Positions 8,651-17,085 of a stretch of 52,378 bases of DNA are shown here, in pieces. The first letter of the stretch is position 1, and each line of letters begins with the position of its first letter. The DNA is taken from IMG/VR virus record IMGVR_UViG_3300032087_002048, positions 1 to 52,378 of that record. One strand, 5' to 3'. The stretch is from a virus. Its lineage: Duplodnaviria > Caudoviricetes. Both the position numbers and the translations under genes were made by a program. Below the pieces are notes generated by a model. The model was not told the origin of the DNA and did no database searches. It saw nothing but the letters and a program-made list of their open reading frames with translations.

Positions 8651-8928
8651 AAGACCACGAAAAGTATGCGGAGGAAGTAAGGGAGTTGTTTAAGGATGAT
8701 ATTTGCGAATGCGATTGTGAGGATAAAGAACATCAACACGATTCATTGAGTGGGTTTTGTGCAATTCATGCAGAAAAAAGAAAATCAAAATTAGCCATCA
8801 TCCACATACAAGGGCAGATAGATGAAATAAAAGAAGGAGTAAGATGGATTCATGGAGTATCAGAATACGCAGAAGGTAGGGTAGTATTTCTACAAAAAGC
8901 AATAGAACACCTAAAGACAAAGATATGA
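8647..8928 (+). CDS. Mini-gene C (93 aa), paralog of A with a Cys/His-rich insert
   Basis: True start is ATG 8647 (MKDHEKYAEEV), not the track's TTG at 8545; ends KAIEHLKTKI. Confidence 0.75.
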   Translation: MKDHEKYAEEVRELFKDDICECDCEDKEHQHDSLSGFCAIHAEKRKSKLAIIHIQGQIDEIKEGVRWIHGVSEYAEGRVVFLQKAIEHLKTKI

Positions 8929-9059
8929 TGGAAAAACAAGATTTTATTAACAAAGAGAATTGCAGTCATCAGCTTAAACAAGGCTACCATGCAGAGGATT
9001 TTTGCGTGTACTGTGTAAAATGTGATTTAACCCTTAACGGAATAATATTAAAGACATAA
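8925..9059 (+). CDS. Mini-gene D, 44-aa Cys-rich protein (not in the ORF track)
   Basis: MMEKQDFINKENCSHQ...FCVYCVKCDLTLNGIILKT; starts inside the junction repeat. Confidence 0.65.
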   Translation: MMEKQDFINKENCSHQLKQGYHAEDFCVYCVKCDLTLNGIILKT

Positions 9060-9072
9060 AGGAAATAAAGAT

Positions 9073-9159
9073 ATGAAAAACATGAAATTACAAGCAAAAA
9101 TTGAATTAGTACTAATTGCCATTCTGTTTATTTGGCTGTTTATATTTTTTACCATTTAA
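9073..9159 (+). CDS. 28-aa single-TM peptide (not in the ORF track)
   Basis: MKNMKLQAKIELVLIAILFIWLFIFFTI, preceded by AAAGATATGA. Confidence 0.5.
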   Translation: MKNMKLQAKIELVLIAILFIWLFIFFTI

Positions 9160-9171
9160 AGAAGAAGAATT

Positions 9172-9681
9172 ATGAAAAAACTATTGACAATCGCAATGTT
9201 ATTTGCAACGTGTGCAATTTTTGCACAAACCAGTTTCGCTATTGGAGCAGGTGTATTTGAACAGTCTGGAATTATAGGCGTAAGTCTAGGAATGCAGACA
9301 GAAGTAAACCATGAGTTTACTAGAAACTTTGGGGTGACAGGAGATTTCACCTATGCTAAGTTACAAGATGGTGATGGTAGAGAAGTCTATCTTATGGGTG
9401 GGTTAATAGACACGCCTGATGGTTCTACCTTTAATCAAGCATCTATGCTTGTAACGTATAAGATATTCACCTATGACGAGAGAATGGCAATTCGTATAGG
9501 AGCAGGTGGTGCGTATCAGAACTGGGAAGACATTTACCCAACAGCGCAGTTAGACCTTATTGCTTTTGCGGATGCAAACTTTTACCCTTATCTTTCATGG
9601 CAACCAGTATTTAGAGGTGGCTTTGGTGAAGGTGATGGATGGTCACATACAGTAACAATAAACCTAGCAATTAAGTTATGA
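9172..9681 (+). CDS. Putative small outer-membrane beta-barrel protein
   Basis: Signal peptide ending IFA|Q, alternating amphipathic Gly/aromatic strands, terminal strand VTINLAIKL. Confidence 0.65.
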   Translation: MKKLLTIAMLFATCAIFAQTSFAIGAGVFEQSGIIGVSLGMQTEVNHEFTRNFGVTGDFTYAKLQDGDGREVYLMGGLIDTPDGSTFNQASMLVTYKIFTYDERMAIRIGAGGAYQNWEDIYPTAQLDLIAFADANFYPYLSWQPVFRGGFGEGDGWSHTVTINLAIKL

Positions 9682-9953
9682 AAGTAAAACTCTTAAAGAA
9701 ACTGAAAAAGAAATTCCCTATCAAATACTACAAACTTAGGGATGAAGTAAAAGATTTTCAAACTGGTGAGTTAATCAAAGGAAGGTTTGTTGTTGTTAGA
9801 CCTTATTATCTTTCAGAAAGTGGTAGGAAAAATGTACACATATACTGTTCAACCAAGAAGGATGCTCTAAGAAACCGAAGGGAGATTATCTTTGATGAAT
9901 TGAACTACCAAAGAAAAAGAAAGGAACGCCAATATAAAACTATTACAATATGA
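9678..9953 (+). CDS. Basic hypothetical protein
   Basis: 91-aa K/R-rich ORF with ATGA coupling. Confidence 0.65.
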   Translation: MKVKLLKKLKKKFPIKYYKLRDEVKDFQTGELIKGRFVVVRPYYLSESGRKNVHIYCSTKKDALRNRREIIFDELNYQRKRKERQYKTITI

Positions 9954-10450
9954 AGTTATTAATTATAGGTCATGCAAGACATGGCAAGGACACAGTAGCG
10001 GAAATAATTGGTCAGCACTTTGGATTAACATATAAAGCATCCTCTCAGGCAGCAGCCGATATATTCATATATGATGAACTTAAAGAGAAGTATGGTTATG
10101 AAACACCAGAAGAATGCTTTAAGGACAGAATGAATCACAGGGCTGAATGGCACGATATGATTTGTGAGTACAACAAAGATGACAAGGCTAGATTAGCTAA
10201 AGGTATTTTAGAACATGCTGACATCTACGTAGGAATGCGTTCTAGCGCAGAGATAAAGGAATCTATAAGACAGAGCCTATTTGACTACGTTATATCTGTT
10301 TACGACCCTAGAAAACCATTAGAAGGTAAAGACAGCTTTGACATAGACATCTGGGTGGATGCAGACATTGTTATCCCTAACGCAGGTAGCCTGTGGGATT
10401 TAAGAGTGAAGGTTCATAAAATAATCAAAGGACTTAGTTATGGTAGATAA
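9950..10450 (+). CDS. Deoxynucleoside monophosphate kinase-like P-loop protein
   Basis: N-terminal IIGHARHGKDT, GMR...E and D..I.N.G motifs. Confidence 0.75.
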   Translation: MKLLIIGHARHGKDTVAEIIGQHFGLTYKASSQAAADIFIYDELKEKYGYETPEECFKDRMNHRAEWHDMICEYNKDDKARLAKGILEHADIYVGMRSSAEIKESIRQSLFDYVISVYDPRKPLEGKDSFDIDIWVDADIVIPNAGSLWDLRVKVHKIIKGLSYGR

Positions 10451-10904
10451 CTTAGGTAAGAAGATAATAAACGACCTTAAGGAAGGTAAGAAGTATGAGG
10501 AACTTTTCATGCAGAAGTTACGTGAGAGTGGTGTCGAGTGTAAGCGTTCAAGCAAAATGCAAGACATATACGACCACATAGACGTTATAGACGAGAAAGG
10601 AATCACATACGATGTCAAAGGATATAAGGGGTTTCATTTTGTCTGGTTAGAGTTTATGAATGTCAGAGGCAATAAAGGTTGGATGAAGGGCAGAGCAGAT
10701 AGAATTGCTTTCTGGCTTAACGACAAGTTTTATGTTGTCAATAGACAAACGCTGTACGATTGGTGCAAGGAGCATTTACCTAACGTACCTCCACAATACG
10801 ACAAGAGTATGTTCTATACACCTTACAGACGTAAGGGCAGAAAGGATATACTTATCAAAGTAAAAGTAGAAGATGTAACTAAACACGCAATATTAATATT
10901 ATGA
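10440..10904 (+). CDS. PD-(D/E)XK-like endonuclease
   Basis: GK..E..F, DHID, YDVKG, WLE...G..GW..G.AD pattern. Confidence 0.6.
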   Translation: MVDNLGKKIINDLKEGKKYEELFMQKLRESGVECKRSSKMQDIYDHIDVIDEKGITYDVKGYKGFHFVWLEFMNVRGNKGWMKGRADRIAFWLNDKFYVVNRQTLYDWCKEHLPNVPPQYDKSMFYTPYRRKGRKDILIKVKVEDVTKHAILIL

Positions 10905-11557
10905 CAAAAGTAGAATTAGTAACTAAGACAGAGGGTGTTGAGAGATATATGTCTCTAACGTCAGATGAAATTGTAGAGGCTGTTGCTAGACATGGTGAAA
11001 TTAAAGATGCAGGTAAACTAATCAAGTATCTTATCAAGCACAAACATTGGTCACCACTAGAGCATGTACACTTTACGTTTCGCATAGAGACAGCTAGGGA
11101 TGTATCAGCACAGATGATGCGACACAGAAGTTTCCATTGGCAAGAGTTATCACAACGTTATGATGTGATACAGGAGTTCATGCCTATAGAATTACGTAAG
11201 CAAGGCACAACTAATAGACAGGTTGGTGATGAAGTATTTGACCCCGAATATGCTCGTCATGGGGTTTCATGTAGTCAAGCTATTGAATTACATATTAAAA
11301 AGACCCAAGAGATGTATGATAATCTAATTAGAGAAGGTGTTGCCAGAGAATGCGCTAGACGTATATTACCAATGTGTGCAAAGACAGTTGTACACATGAC
11401 TGGTAACCTTAGAGATTTCTTAGGGTATCTTAATGTACGCTGTGAAGCAGGTACTCAAAAAGAACATAGAGAAGTTGCTATGGCTATAGGTAAAGCCTTA
11501 GAGAAAGAGTTTCCACCTCTTGCTGAATTAGACTGGAAGGAAGGAGGATTTATGTAA
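10901..11557 (+). CDS. thyX: FAD-dependent thymidylate synthase
   Basis: HWSPLEH, QMMRHRSF...SQRY, ECARRILP and QKEHR motifs. Confidence 0.95.
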   Translation: MTKVELVTKTEGVERYMSLTSDEIVEAVARHGEIKDAGKLIKYLIKHKHWSPLEHVHFTFRIETARDVSAQMMRHRSFHWQELSQRYDVIQEFMPIELRKQGTTNRQVGDEVFDPEYARHGVSCSQAIELHIKKTQEMYDNLIREGVARECARRILPMCAKTVVHMTGNLRDFLGYLNVRCEAGTQKEHREVAMAIGKALEKEFPPLAELDWKEGGFM

Positions 11558-11703
11558 TGTTAAATCAAGAACGATATTTAGCAAAAGGTCACATAGAAGC
11601 ATATCTGTCTGACTGTAGAGAAAAGAACATTAACCCCTTGTGTATGAGATGCTTAAGGGAATATTTAGACAAACATTATGGAACAGATAGAGGAACACAT
11701 TAA
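11557..11703 (+). CDS. 48-aa hypothetical protein (not in the ORF track)
   Basis: TAATG-coupled; MLNQERYLAKGHIEAYLSDC...CMRC... Confidence 0.5.
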   Translation: MLNQERYLAKGHIEAYLSDCREKNINPLCMRCLREYLDKHYGTDRGTH

Positions 11704-11950
11704 ACTAATTAAACAATACTTTGGTGATGAACCACAATGCTACCTTGTAGCACTATTCTTAGCTACAGAGTTTAAGGGTGAGATATGGTACGATAATCAC
11801 CATTGTTTAACAAGAATAAAAGATAAGTTTTATGACAAGCATGGTCTATACGAAGGTAGTTTAAAGGACTTTTGTCCTCTTAAGAGATATGGTTTTAACC
11901 ATGATGCAGGACTTATGCAAGCACTAATAGAAAAACATTCATATGAATAG
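11678..11950 (+). CDS. Hypothetical protein with Cys-His-Asp spacing like a minimal papain fold
   Basis: QCYLVALFL...NHHC...FYDKHG. Confidence 0.55.
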   Translation: MEQIEEHIKLIKQYFGDEPQCYLVALFLATEFKGEIWYDNHHCLTRIKDKFYDKHGLYEGSLKDFCPLKRYGFNHDAGLMQALIEKHSYE

Positions 11951-12143
11951 AATAGAACAGTTAATTGAAGATTACCTTAAAAGAATTGAAACCACTGAAG
12001 AACTGATTGAGGAGAATGAATATTTAATCAAGGTAACTGTGTTTGCAAACTGTCGCCCTTTCTTTGATAAAAGAGCCAGATTAGAGACTAAACTAGAATG
12101 CTATAAATCCTTTATCGCTGAGTTACAGCGCATTGTAAATTGA
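11943..12143 (+). CDS. Small coiled-coil hypothetical protein
   Basis: 66-aa ORF in the operon. Confidence 0.6.
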   Translation: MNRIEQLIEDYLKRIETTEELIEENEYLIKVTVFANCRPFFDKRARLETKLECYKSFIAELQRIVN

Positions 12144-12162
12144 AGACTTTTCCGTATCTTTG
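12132..12162 (+). promoter_or_regulatory. Bacteroidota primary-sigma promoter
   Basis: ATTG 12132-12135, 19-nt spacer, TATCTTTG 12155-12162. Confidence 0.7.
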
Positions 12163-12198
12163 TAACCCCTTTTATTAACTAAACAAACACATAAATTA

Positions 12199-14097
12199 AT
12201 GATTAAACAACGAGAGGTTGCCTTTGGTGACTTGGGCTTAATAACCTATCTACGAACATATTCAAGAAAGAAAAAAGATGGCACAAAAGAATCCTTTTCT
12301 GATACGGTGGAAAGAGAACTACAAGGTGCTAAGAAACAATTAAAAGTAGACTTTACCCCAGAAGAAGAAGAATACTACAGATACATGCGACATGAAATGC
12401 TTGGCTCTGTAGCAGGTAGATTTATGTGGCAGTTGGGTACTAAGACAGTTGATAAGTTGGGGCTACCTAGCTTACAGAACTGTGCATTTACAGTAATTGA
12501 TACACCAATAAGACCATTTACGTGGGCTATGGACATGCTTATGCTTGGTTCTGGTGTTGGTTATTCAATTAAGAGAGAACACGTCTACAAGCTACCTAAG
12601 ATTCAGCGTAGGAAGGTTAAGATAGAGAACGTTAACCTAGCAAGTGCTGACTATATTGTTCCCGATACAAGGGAAGGATGGGTTAAGCTGTTGGGTAAAG
12701 TTCTTAAGTCTTATTTCTACTCTGGTGTAGGGTTTACTTATAGCACACAACTGGTGCGTGGTAAAGGAGAACCCATTGAAGGATTTGGTGGTACAGCATC
12801 AGGAGCAGCTATTCTTGTAGAGGGTATGCAACTTATATGTGGTGTACTGGATGCCAGACGTGGGCAGCAGATAAGACCTATCGATTGCTTGGACGTTATG
12901 AACATCATAGGCATGATAGTGGTTGCAGGGAATGTTAGACGTTCAGCGCAGATAGCTATTGGTGATTACGATGATTTAGATTTCCTTAAGGCTAAACGAT
13001 GGGATTTAGGTGGTGTTCCTAATTGGAGGGCAATGAGTAATAACTCTGTTGATATTATTGACTTTGATTCATTACCGCTAGAGTTCTGGGAGACTTATAA
13101 TCAAGGAGAGCCTTACGGTATGATTAACCTTGACCTTTCAAGGAAGGTAGGACGTTTAGGTGAAACACAATATCCTGACCCTGACGTAGAAGGTTATAAC
13201 CCTTGTGCAGAACAATCGCTTAATCCCTATGAAACATGCTGTCTAGCAGAAATGTATCTACCAAATATCAAGTCATACAAGGAGTTCAAAAAAGTAATGA
13301 CATTGTTATACAGAATTAACAAGCACTCGTTGGCATTAAAGTGTCACAACAAAGAGACAGAGGCTATTGTTAATAAGAATATGAGGATGGGCATTGGTAT
13401 TACAGGCGTTATGCAAGCTACAGAAGAACAGCTTAGTTGGTTGAAACCTGCTTATGAATACCTTAGAGCATACGATAAAGAATACTCAAAACACATGGGC
13501 TTTCCAGAATCTATTAAATTAACTACTGTTAAGCCATCAGGTACGCTGTCGTTGTTAGCAGGTTGTACGTCTGGTGTTCACGCTGCTACAGCAGGTAGGT
13601 TCTTCATCAGAAGAATAACAATAGCATCGGATTCTCCTCTTATTGAGGTAGTTAAGTCGCATGGTTACCATGTTGAGTATAAGAAAAACCTTGATGGTTC
13701 TAACGATTACTCTAGTATGATTGCGGAGTTTCCTTGCAAGTACCCAGAAGGTACTATAAGTGCAGAAGATATAGACATCATCGACCAATTAGAAATGGTT
13801 AAGTTCATGCAAACCAACTGGTCAGATAACTCTGTATCAGTAACAGCATACTACAAGAAAGAAGATATTCCAAGATTAAAGAAATACTTATCAGAAAACT
13901 GGCACGATAGTTTTAAAACGTTAAGTTTCTTACTATATACAGGTCATGGGTTTGTGCAAGCACCCTTTGAGCCAATTAGTGAAGAACAATATGAGTTCCT
14001 AGCAGCCAAAGTTAAACCTATTCTCTCAGCAGACATTAATGAGGAGGATATGGATGAACTAGGAGCGTGTGGCATCGGAGGATGCCCAATAAAATAG
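12199..14097 (+). CDS. nrdJ: Class II (adenosylcobalamin-dependent) ribonucleotide reductase, monomeric RTPR type
   Basis: QNCAF, AGNVRRSA, NPCAEQ, TVKPSGT and C-terminal CGIGGCP; no beta subunit nearby. Confidence 0.92.
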   Translation: MIKQREVAFGDLGLITYLRTYSRKKKDGTKESFSDTVERELQGAKKQLKVDFTPEEEEYYRYMRHEMLGSVAGRFMWQLGTKTVDKLGLPSLQNCAFTVIDTPIRPFTWAMDMLMLGSGVGYSIKREHVYKLPKIQRRKVKIENVNLASADYIVPDTREGWVKLLGKVLKSYFYSGVGFTYSTQLVRGKGEPIEGFGGTASGAAILVEGMQLICGVLDARRGQQIRPIDCLDVMNIIGMIVVAGNVRRSAQIAIGDYDDLDFLKAKRWDLGGVPNWRAMSNNSVDIIDFDSLPLEFWETYNQGEPYGMINLDLSRKVGRLGETQYPDPDVEGYNPCAEQSLNPYETCCLAEMYLPNIKSYKEFKKVMTLLYRINKHSLALKCHNKETEAIVNKNMRMGIGITGVMQATEEQLSWLKPAYEYLRAYDKEYSKHMGFPESIKLTTVKPSGTLSLLAGCTSGVHAATAGRFFIRRITIASDSPLIEVVKSHGYHVEYKKNLDGSNDYSSMIAEFPCKYPEGTISAEDIDIIDQLEMVKFMQTNWSDNSVSVTAYYKKEDIPRLKKYLSENWHDSFKTLSFLLYTGHGFVQAPFEPISEEQYEFLAAKVKPILSADINEEDMDELGACGIGGCPIK

Positions 14098-14110
14098 GCT
14101 GTGGTAAGTC

Positions 14111-14147
14111 GGGGTAGTTGGTCTTTTGGTCGCTACCCCATAATTTT
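14111..14147 (+). terminator. Hairpin terminator after nrdJ
   Basis: GGGGTAG...CTACCCC stem followed by ATAATTTT. Confidence 0.6.
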
Positions 14148-14156
14148 GTAACTTTG
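14125..14156 (+). promoter_or_regulatory. Bacteroidota primary-sigma promoter overlapping the terminator
   Basis: TTTG 14125-14128, 20-nt spacer, TAACTTTG 14149-14156. Confidence 0.7.
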
Positions 14157-14171
14157 TAAAAATCAAATAAA

Positions 14172-14330
14172 ATGGAAAAAAGAATTGAAGACTTAGAAAA
14201 AGCTGTTGGTCTTATGACTGTAATACTAGAACAGCACTCACTCCAAATACGACACCTATTGGGTCACATAGATTCATTGGTAAAGTTATATGGTGATGAA
14301 AAACAGAATGATAACGAAAAATTCCTATAA
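14172..14330 (+). CDS. 52-aa coiled-coil protein (not in the ORF track)
   Basis: MEKRIEDLEKAVG...DNEKFL; TAATG-coupled to the polymerase. Confidence 0.7.
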   Translation: MEKRIEDLEKAVGLMTVILEQHSLQIRHLLGHIDSLVKLYGDEKQNDNEKFL

Positions 14331-16393
14331 TGGACTACGTATACGACATTGAATTTTACCAGAATTTCTTTTGCGTTAACTTTAGAAGTTTCCCAGATGG
14401 GGAAGAAAAGATAACGTTTGAGATTTCTCAAAGAAAAGACCAACGTACAGAACTGTTGGCATTCTTAAAAACAGATGGGCTTAGGCTTATTGGGTTTAAC
14501 AATGTCGGTTACGATTATCCTGTACTACACATGCTTATAGAATCACCTGAGATTTCTCTACTTATATGGTGGAAGAAGATTCAGCGTTCTATCTTTAGCG
14601 GTAAGGAAAAAAGATTTATGGTTTGGGAATCACAAAGACATGTTTTCCAAATAGATTTATTCAAAATTAATCACTACGACAATTTGGCTCGTAGTACCTC
14701 CCTTAAATGGTTGGAGTTTACTAAGCGATGGTCTAAGGTACAGGATTTACCTATTAAGCCTGACAAGGTTCTACAGGAGCATGAAATGACAGATATTATC
14801 AGGTACTGTTGGAATGATGTTGACTTTACTTTTGAACTGGCAGAGGATTGTTGGAACGCTGTTAAGTTTCGTGAGAACATGAGCGAAGTACTTGGTCGTA
14901 ACGTTATGGATTATTCTGACGTTAAGCTAGGGGAATACCTTAATCAAAAGAAATACGAAGAACTTTCTGGTAGAAACTGGAAAGAGTTTAGGGAAGAACG
15001 TACATTCCGTAAGAATTACAGGATGAAAGATATTATTCCTGATGTCATTGAGTTTAAGACACCTGTGATGCAGAAATGGTTGGCTGAACTTAAGGAGAGG
15101 AGTTTTATAGATGATAAGCGAGATAAGTTTCGCTATGATATAATTATAGGGGAGGATGGTTTTGAAGAAGTACGTAGGAGAGATTACCCTATTACAGATT
15201 CTCAGATAGACAAAGACTTAAAACCATCGTTACTAGCACTTAAAACTATTGTTACTTTTGCTAAAGGCGGTCTTCACACAGTTGAACTACCTAGAGTAGT
15301 TACTAAGAAGGAAGGATGGCAGTTTATGGAAAAGGATGTTGCCAGTATGTACCCTCGTGGTATTGTGGTTGATGGTATTTATCCTAAACACTTAGGTAAG
15401 AACTGGAACGAAGGGATTGCCAACGCATACGATTACAGAAACAATGTGTTGAAACCCAAGATGAAAGAACTTGAATATGGTTCTAAGGAATATCGGAAGG
15501 TTGATGACGAACAGGCTGTGTACAAGTTAGCAATGAACGGTGGTGGATTTGGTAAGCTAGGGAGCGCATACTCATGGCAGTTTGACCCATTAGCTAAGTA
15601 TCAGGTTACTATGGGCTGTGAACTTAAGCTGTTGATGTTAATCGAACAGTTTGTTATACATGGTATTAAGATTGTATCTGTCAATACCGATGGTGTTGTT
15701 ATTCATTATCCTAAGAGCAAAGAGAGTACTGTTCTTGGTATTTGTAAATGGTGGGAAGAACTAACACAATTTGTATTAGAGGACACACATTACAGTAAGA
15801 TTGTATTCTCGTCTGTTAACCATTATATAGCTGTTATCTGTGACCCTGTTACAGGAGAAAAGATTAAGGTCAAATATAAGGGAGACTATGAGATAGATAA
15901 AGAACCCCATAAAAACAACAGCCAACGTATTGTTACTATTGCTCTTAGCGAATACTTTGTTAATGATATTCCTATTAAAGATATCATTGGTAAACTTGGA
16001 TATAGGTTCGACAACAACGGTAAAGAGGAGCAAGTTAGCATATATGATTACTGTATTGGTAAGAAGAAAACAAGTAGCTGTGAGTATTGGCTTGTAAACA
16101 AAGGTAAGGCTAAGTTACTTAAAGATAAAGTTATTCGATACTACGTATCAAAAATACCAAATCAATTACTTAAGAAGTATACCAAAGGAAAGCAAGAGGG
16201 TAGTTTTGAGAAAGTTAACGCAGGTTTTGATATAACCTTATTTATGGATTTCTTTACCCCAGAATCTGTAGGAGGGGTATATAAAATAGACAATAACTAC
16301 TACATTGGTGAATGCAAGAAAATCATCGACCCTATTCTTTCTGGTACAAGAATGACCGAAGGTGGTGCGCACGTCCAAACTAAATTGTTTTAA
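14330..16393 (+). CDS. Family B DNA polymerase with 3'-5' exonuclease
   Basis: Exonuclease motifs YDIE, GFNNVGYD, YCWND; polymerase motifs DVASMYP, YKLAMNGGGFGK, VNTDG, YKG. Confidence 0.9.
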   Translation: MDYVYDIEFYQNFFCVNFRSFPDGEEKITFEISQRKDQRTELLAFLKTDGLRLIGFNNVGYDYPVLHMLIESPEISLLIWWKKIQRSIFSGKEKRFMVWESQRHVFQIDLFKINHYDNLARSTSLKWLEFTKRWSKVQDLPIKPDKVLQEHEMTDIIRYCWNDVDFTFELAEDCWNAVKFRENMSEVLGRNVMDYSDVKLGEYLNQKKYEELSGRNWKEFREERTFRKNYRMKDIIPDVIEFKTPVMQKWLAELKERSFIDDKRDKFRYDIIIGEDGFEEVRRRDYPITDSQIDKDLKPSLLALKTIVTFAKGGLHTVELPRVVTKKEGWQFMEKDVASMYPRGIVVDGIYPKHLGKNWNEGIANAYDYRNNVLKPKMKELEYGSKEYRKVDDEQAVYKLAMNGGGFGKLGSAYSWQFDPLAKYQVTMGCELKLLMLIEQFVIHGIKIVSVNTDGVVIHYPKSKESTVLGICKWWEELTQFVLEDTHYSKIVFSSVNHYIAVICDPVTGEKIKVKYKGDYEIDKEPHKNNSQRIVTIALSEYFVNDIPIKDIIGKLGYRFDNNGKEEQVSIYDYCIGKKKTSSCEYWLVNKGKAKLLKDKVIRYYVSKIPNQLLKKYTKGKQEGSFEKVNAGFDITLFMDFFTPESVGGVYKIDNNYYIGECKKIIDPILSGTRMTEGGAHVQTKLF

Positions 16394-16402
16394 ATATAAC
16401 AA

Positions 16403-16434
16403 TTTGTAATATCCACAACTAATACGTATCTTTG
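16403..16434 (+). promoter_or_regulatory. Bacteroidota primary-sigma promoter
   Basis: TTTG 16403-16406, 20-nt spacer, TATCTTTG 16427-16434. Confidence 0.8.
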
Positions 16435-16448
16435 TGTAAAGATATTTA

Positions 16449-16931
16449 ATGATGGCGTATAAACGAAAGAAAGGGAAAAATATCGTAACAAGAGGCAAGA
16501 AGAAAGACTTTAGCTTTAAAGGTATTAAGTATAAAAGTGGATTAGAAAAGAATATGGCTATCCTGTTGGATTCAGCAGGTATAGATTTTTCATACGAGTC
16601 TAAAACATTTGAAGTTGTTGAAGGTTTTAACTTTGACTTCGATTGTTACGAGAGACAAGCAAACGGTAAAGGAGATATGATTAATAGAGGAAGAAAGAAA
16701 ATACTTCCTATCAAGTATACTCCTGATTTTATAGGGGAAGGTTTTATTATCGAGACAAAAGGTTACGCTAATGAGACTTTCCCTTTACGTTGGAAGCTGT
16801 TCAAGAAAATGCTTGCGGATGCAGGTAGTATTATGCCCTTAGTTGTTTACAAGCCTCAGAAAGTATCTGAATGTGAGGAAGTAATTAAACTAATTAAAAA
16901 ACAAAATGAGCAGAAAACAAGTGGAAAGTAG
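16449..16931 (+). CDS. T7 endonuclease I-like / DUF1064-like junction-resolving nuclease
   Basis: YKSGLE, FSYE, YTPDF and IIETKG motifs. Confidence 0.8.
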   Translation: MMAYKRKKGKNIVTRGKKKDFSFKGIKYKSGLEKNMAILLDSAGIDFSYESKTFEVVEGFNFDFDCYERQANGKGDMINRGRKKILPIKYTPDFIGEGFIIETKGYANETFPLRWKLFKKMLADAGSIMPLVVYKPQKVSECEEVIKLIKKQNEQKTSGK

Positions 16932-17085
16932 AAGGGCGTATTCAATATTAAACTTCTGTGAAGAACTACATGACGATATAGATGAACTATATGAACTTAT
17001 GTTGGAGGGAACAGATGCACAAGAGAAGAAGCACATCGATTTAATTATCAAAAAACTTAATGAATTAAACCTAGACAGAGTATGA
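16906..17085 (+). CDS. 59-aa acidic helical protein (not in the ORF track)
   Basis: MSRKQVESRRAY...LNLDRV; ATGA-coupled downstream. Confidence 0.65.
   Translation: MSRKQVESRRAYSILNFCEELHDDIDELYELMLEGTDAQEKKHIDLIIKKLNELNLDRV

Larger units (their letters stand above)
8318..8680 (+). repeat. 38-bp exact direct repeat (8318-8355 and 8643-8680)
   Basis: AGATATGAAAGACCACGAAAAGTATGCGGAGGAAGTAA is present twice. Confidence 0.95.
8503..8928 (+). repeat. 26-bp junction repeat, three copies (8503-8528, 8625-8650, 8903-8928)
   Basis: TAGAACACCTAAAGACAAAGATATGA twice exactly, plus the variant TAGAACACCTAAAACAGAAGATATGA. Confidence 0.95.

Noticed and set aside
8503-8928. CRISPR mini-array interpretation of the 26-bp repeats
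   Set aside because: Intervals are 96 and 252 bp, unequal and protein-coding. The repeat is not palindromic and no cas gene is present.
534-16498. Minus-strand ORFs in the replication arm
   Set aside because: Antisense to well-supported plus-strand genes.
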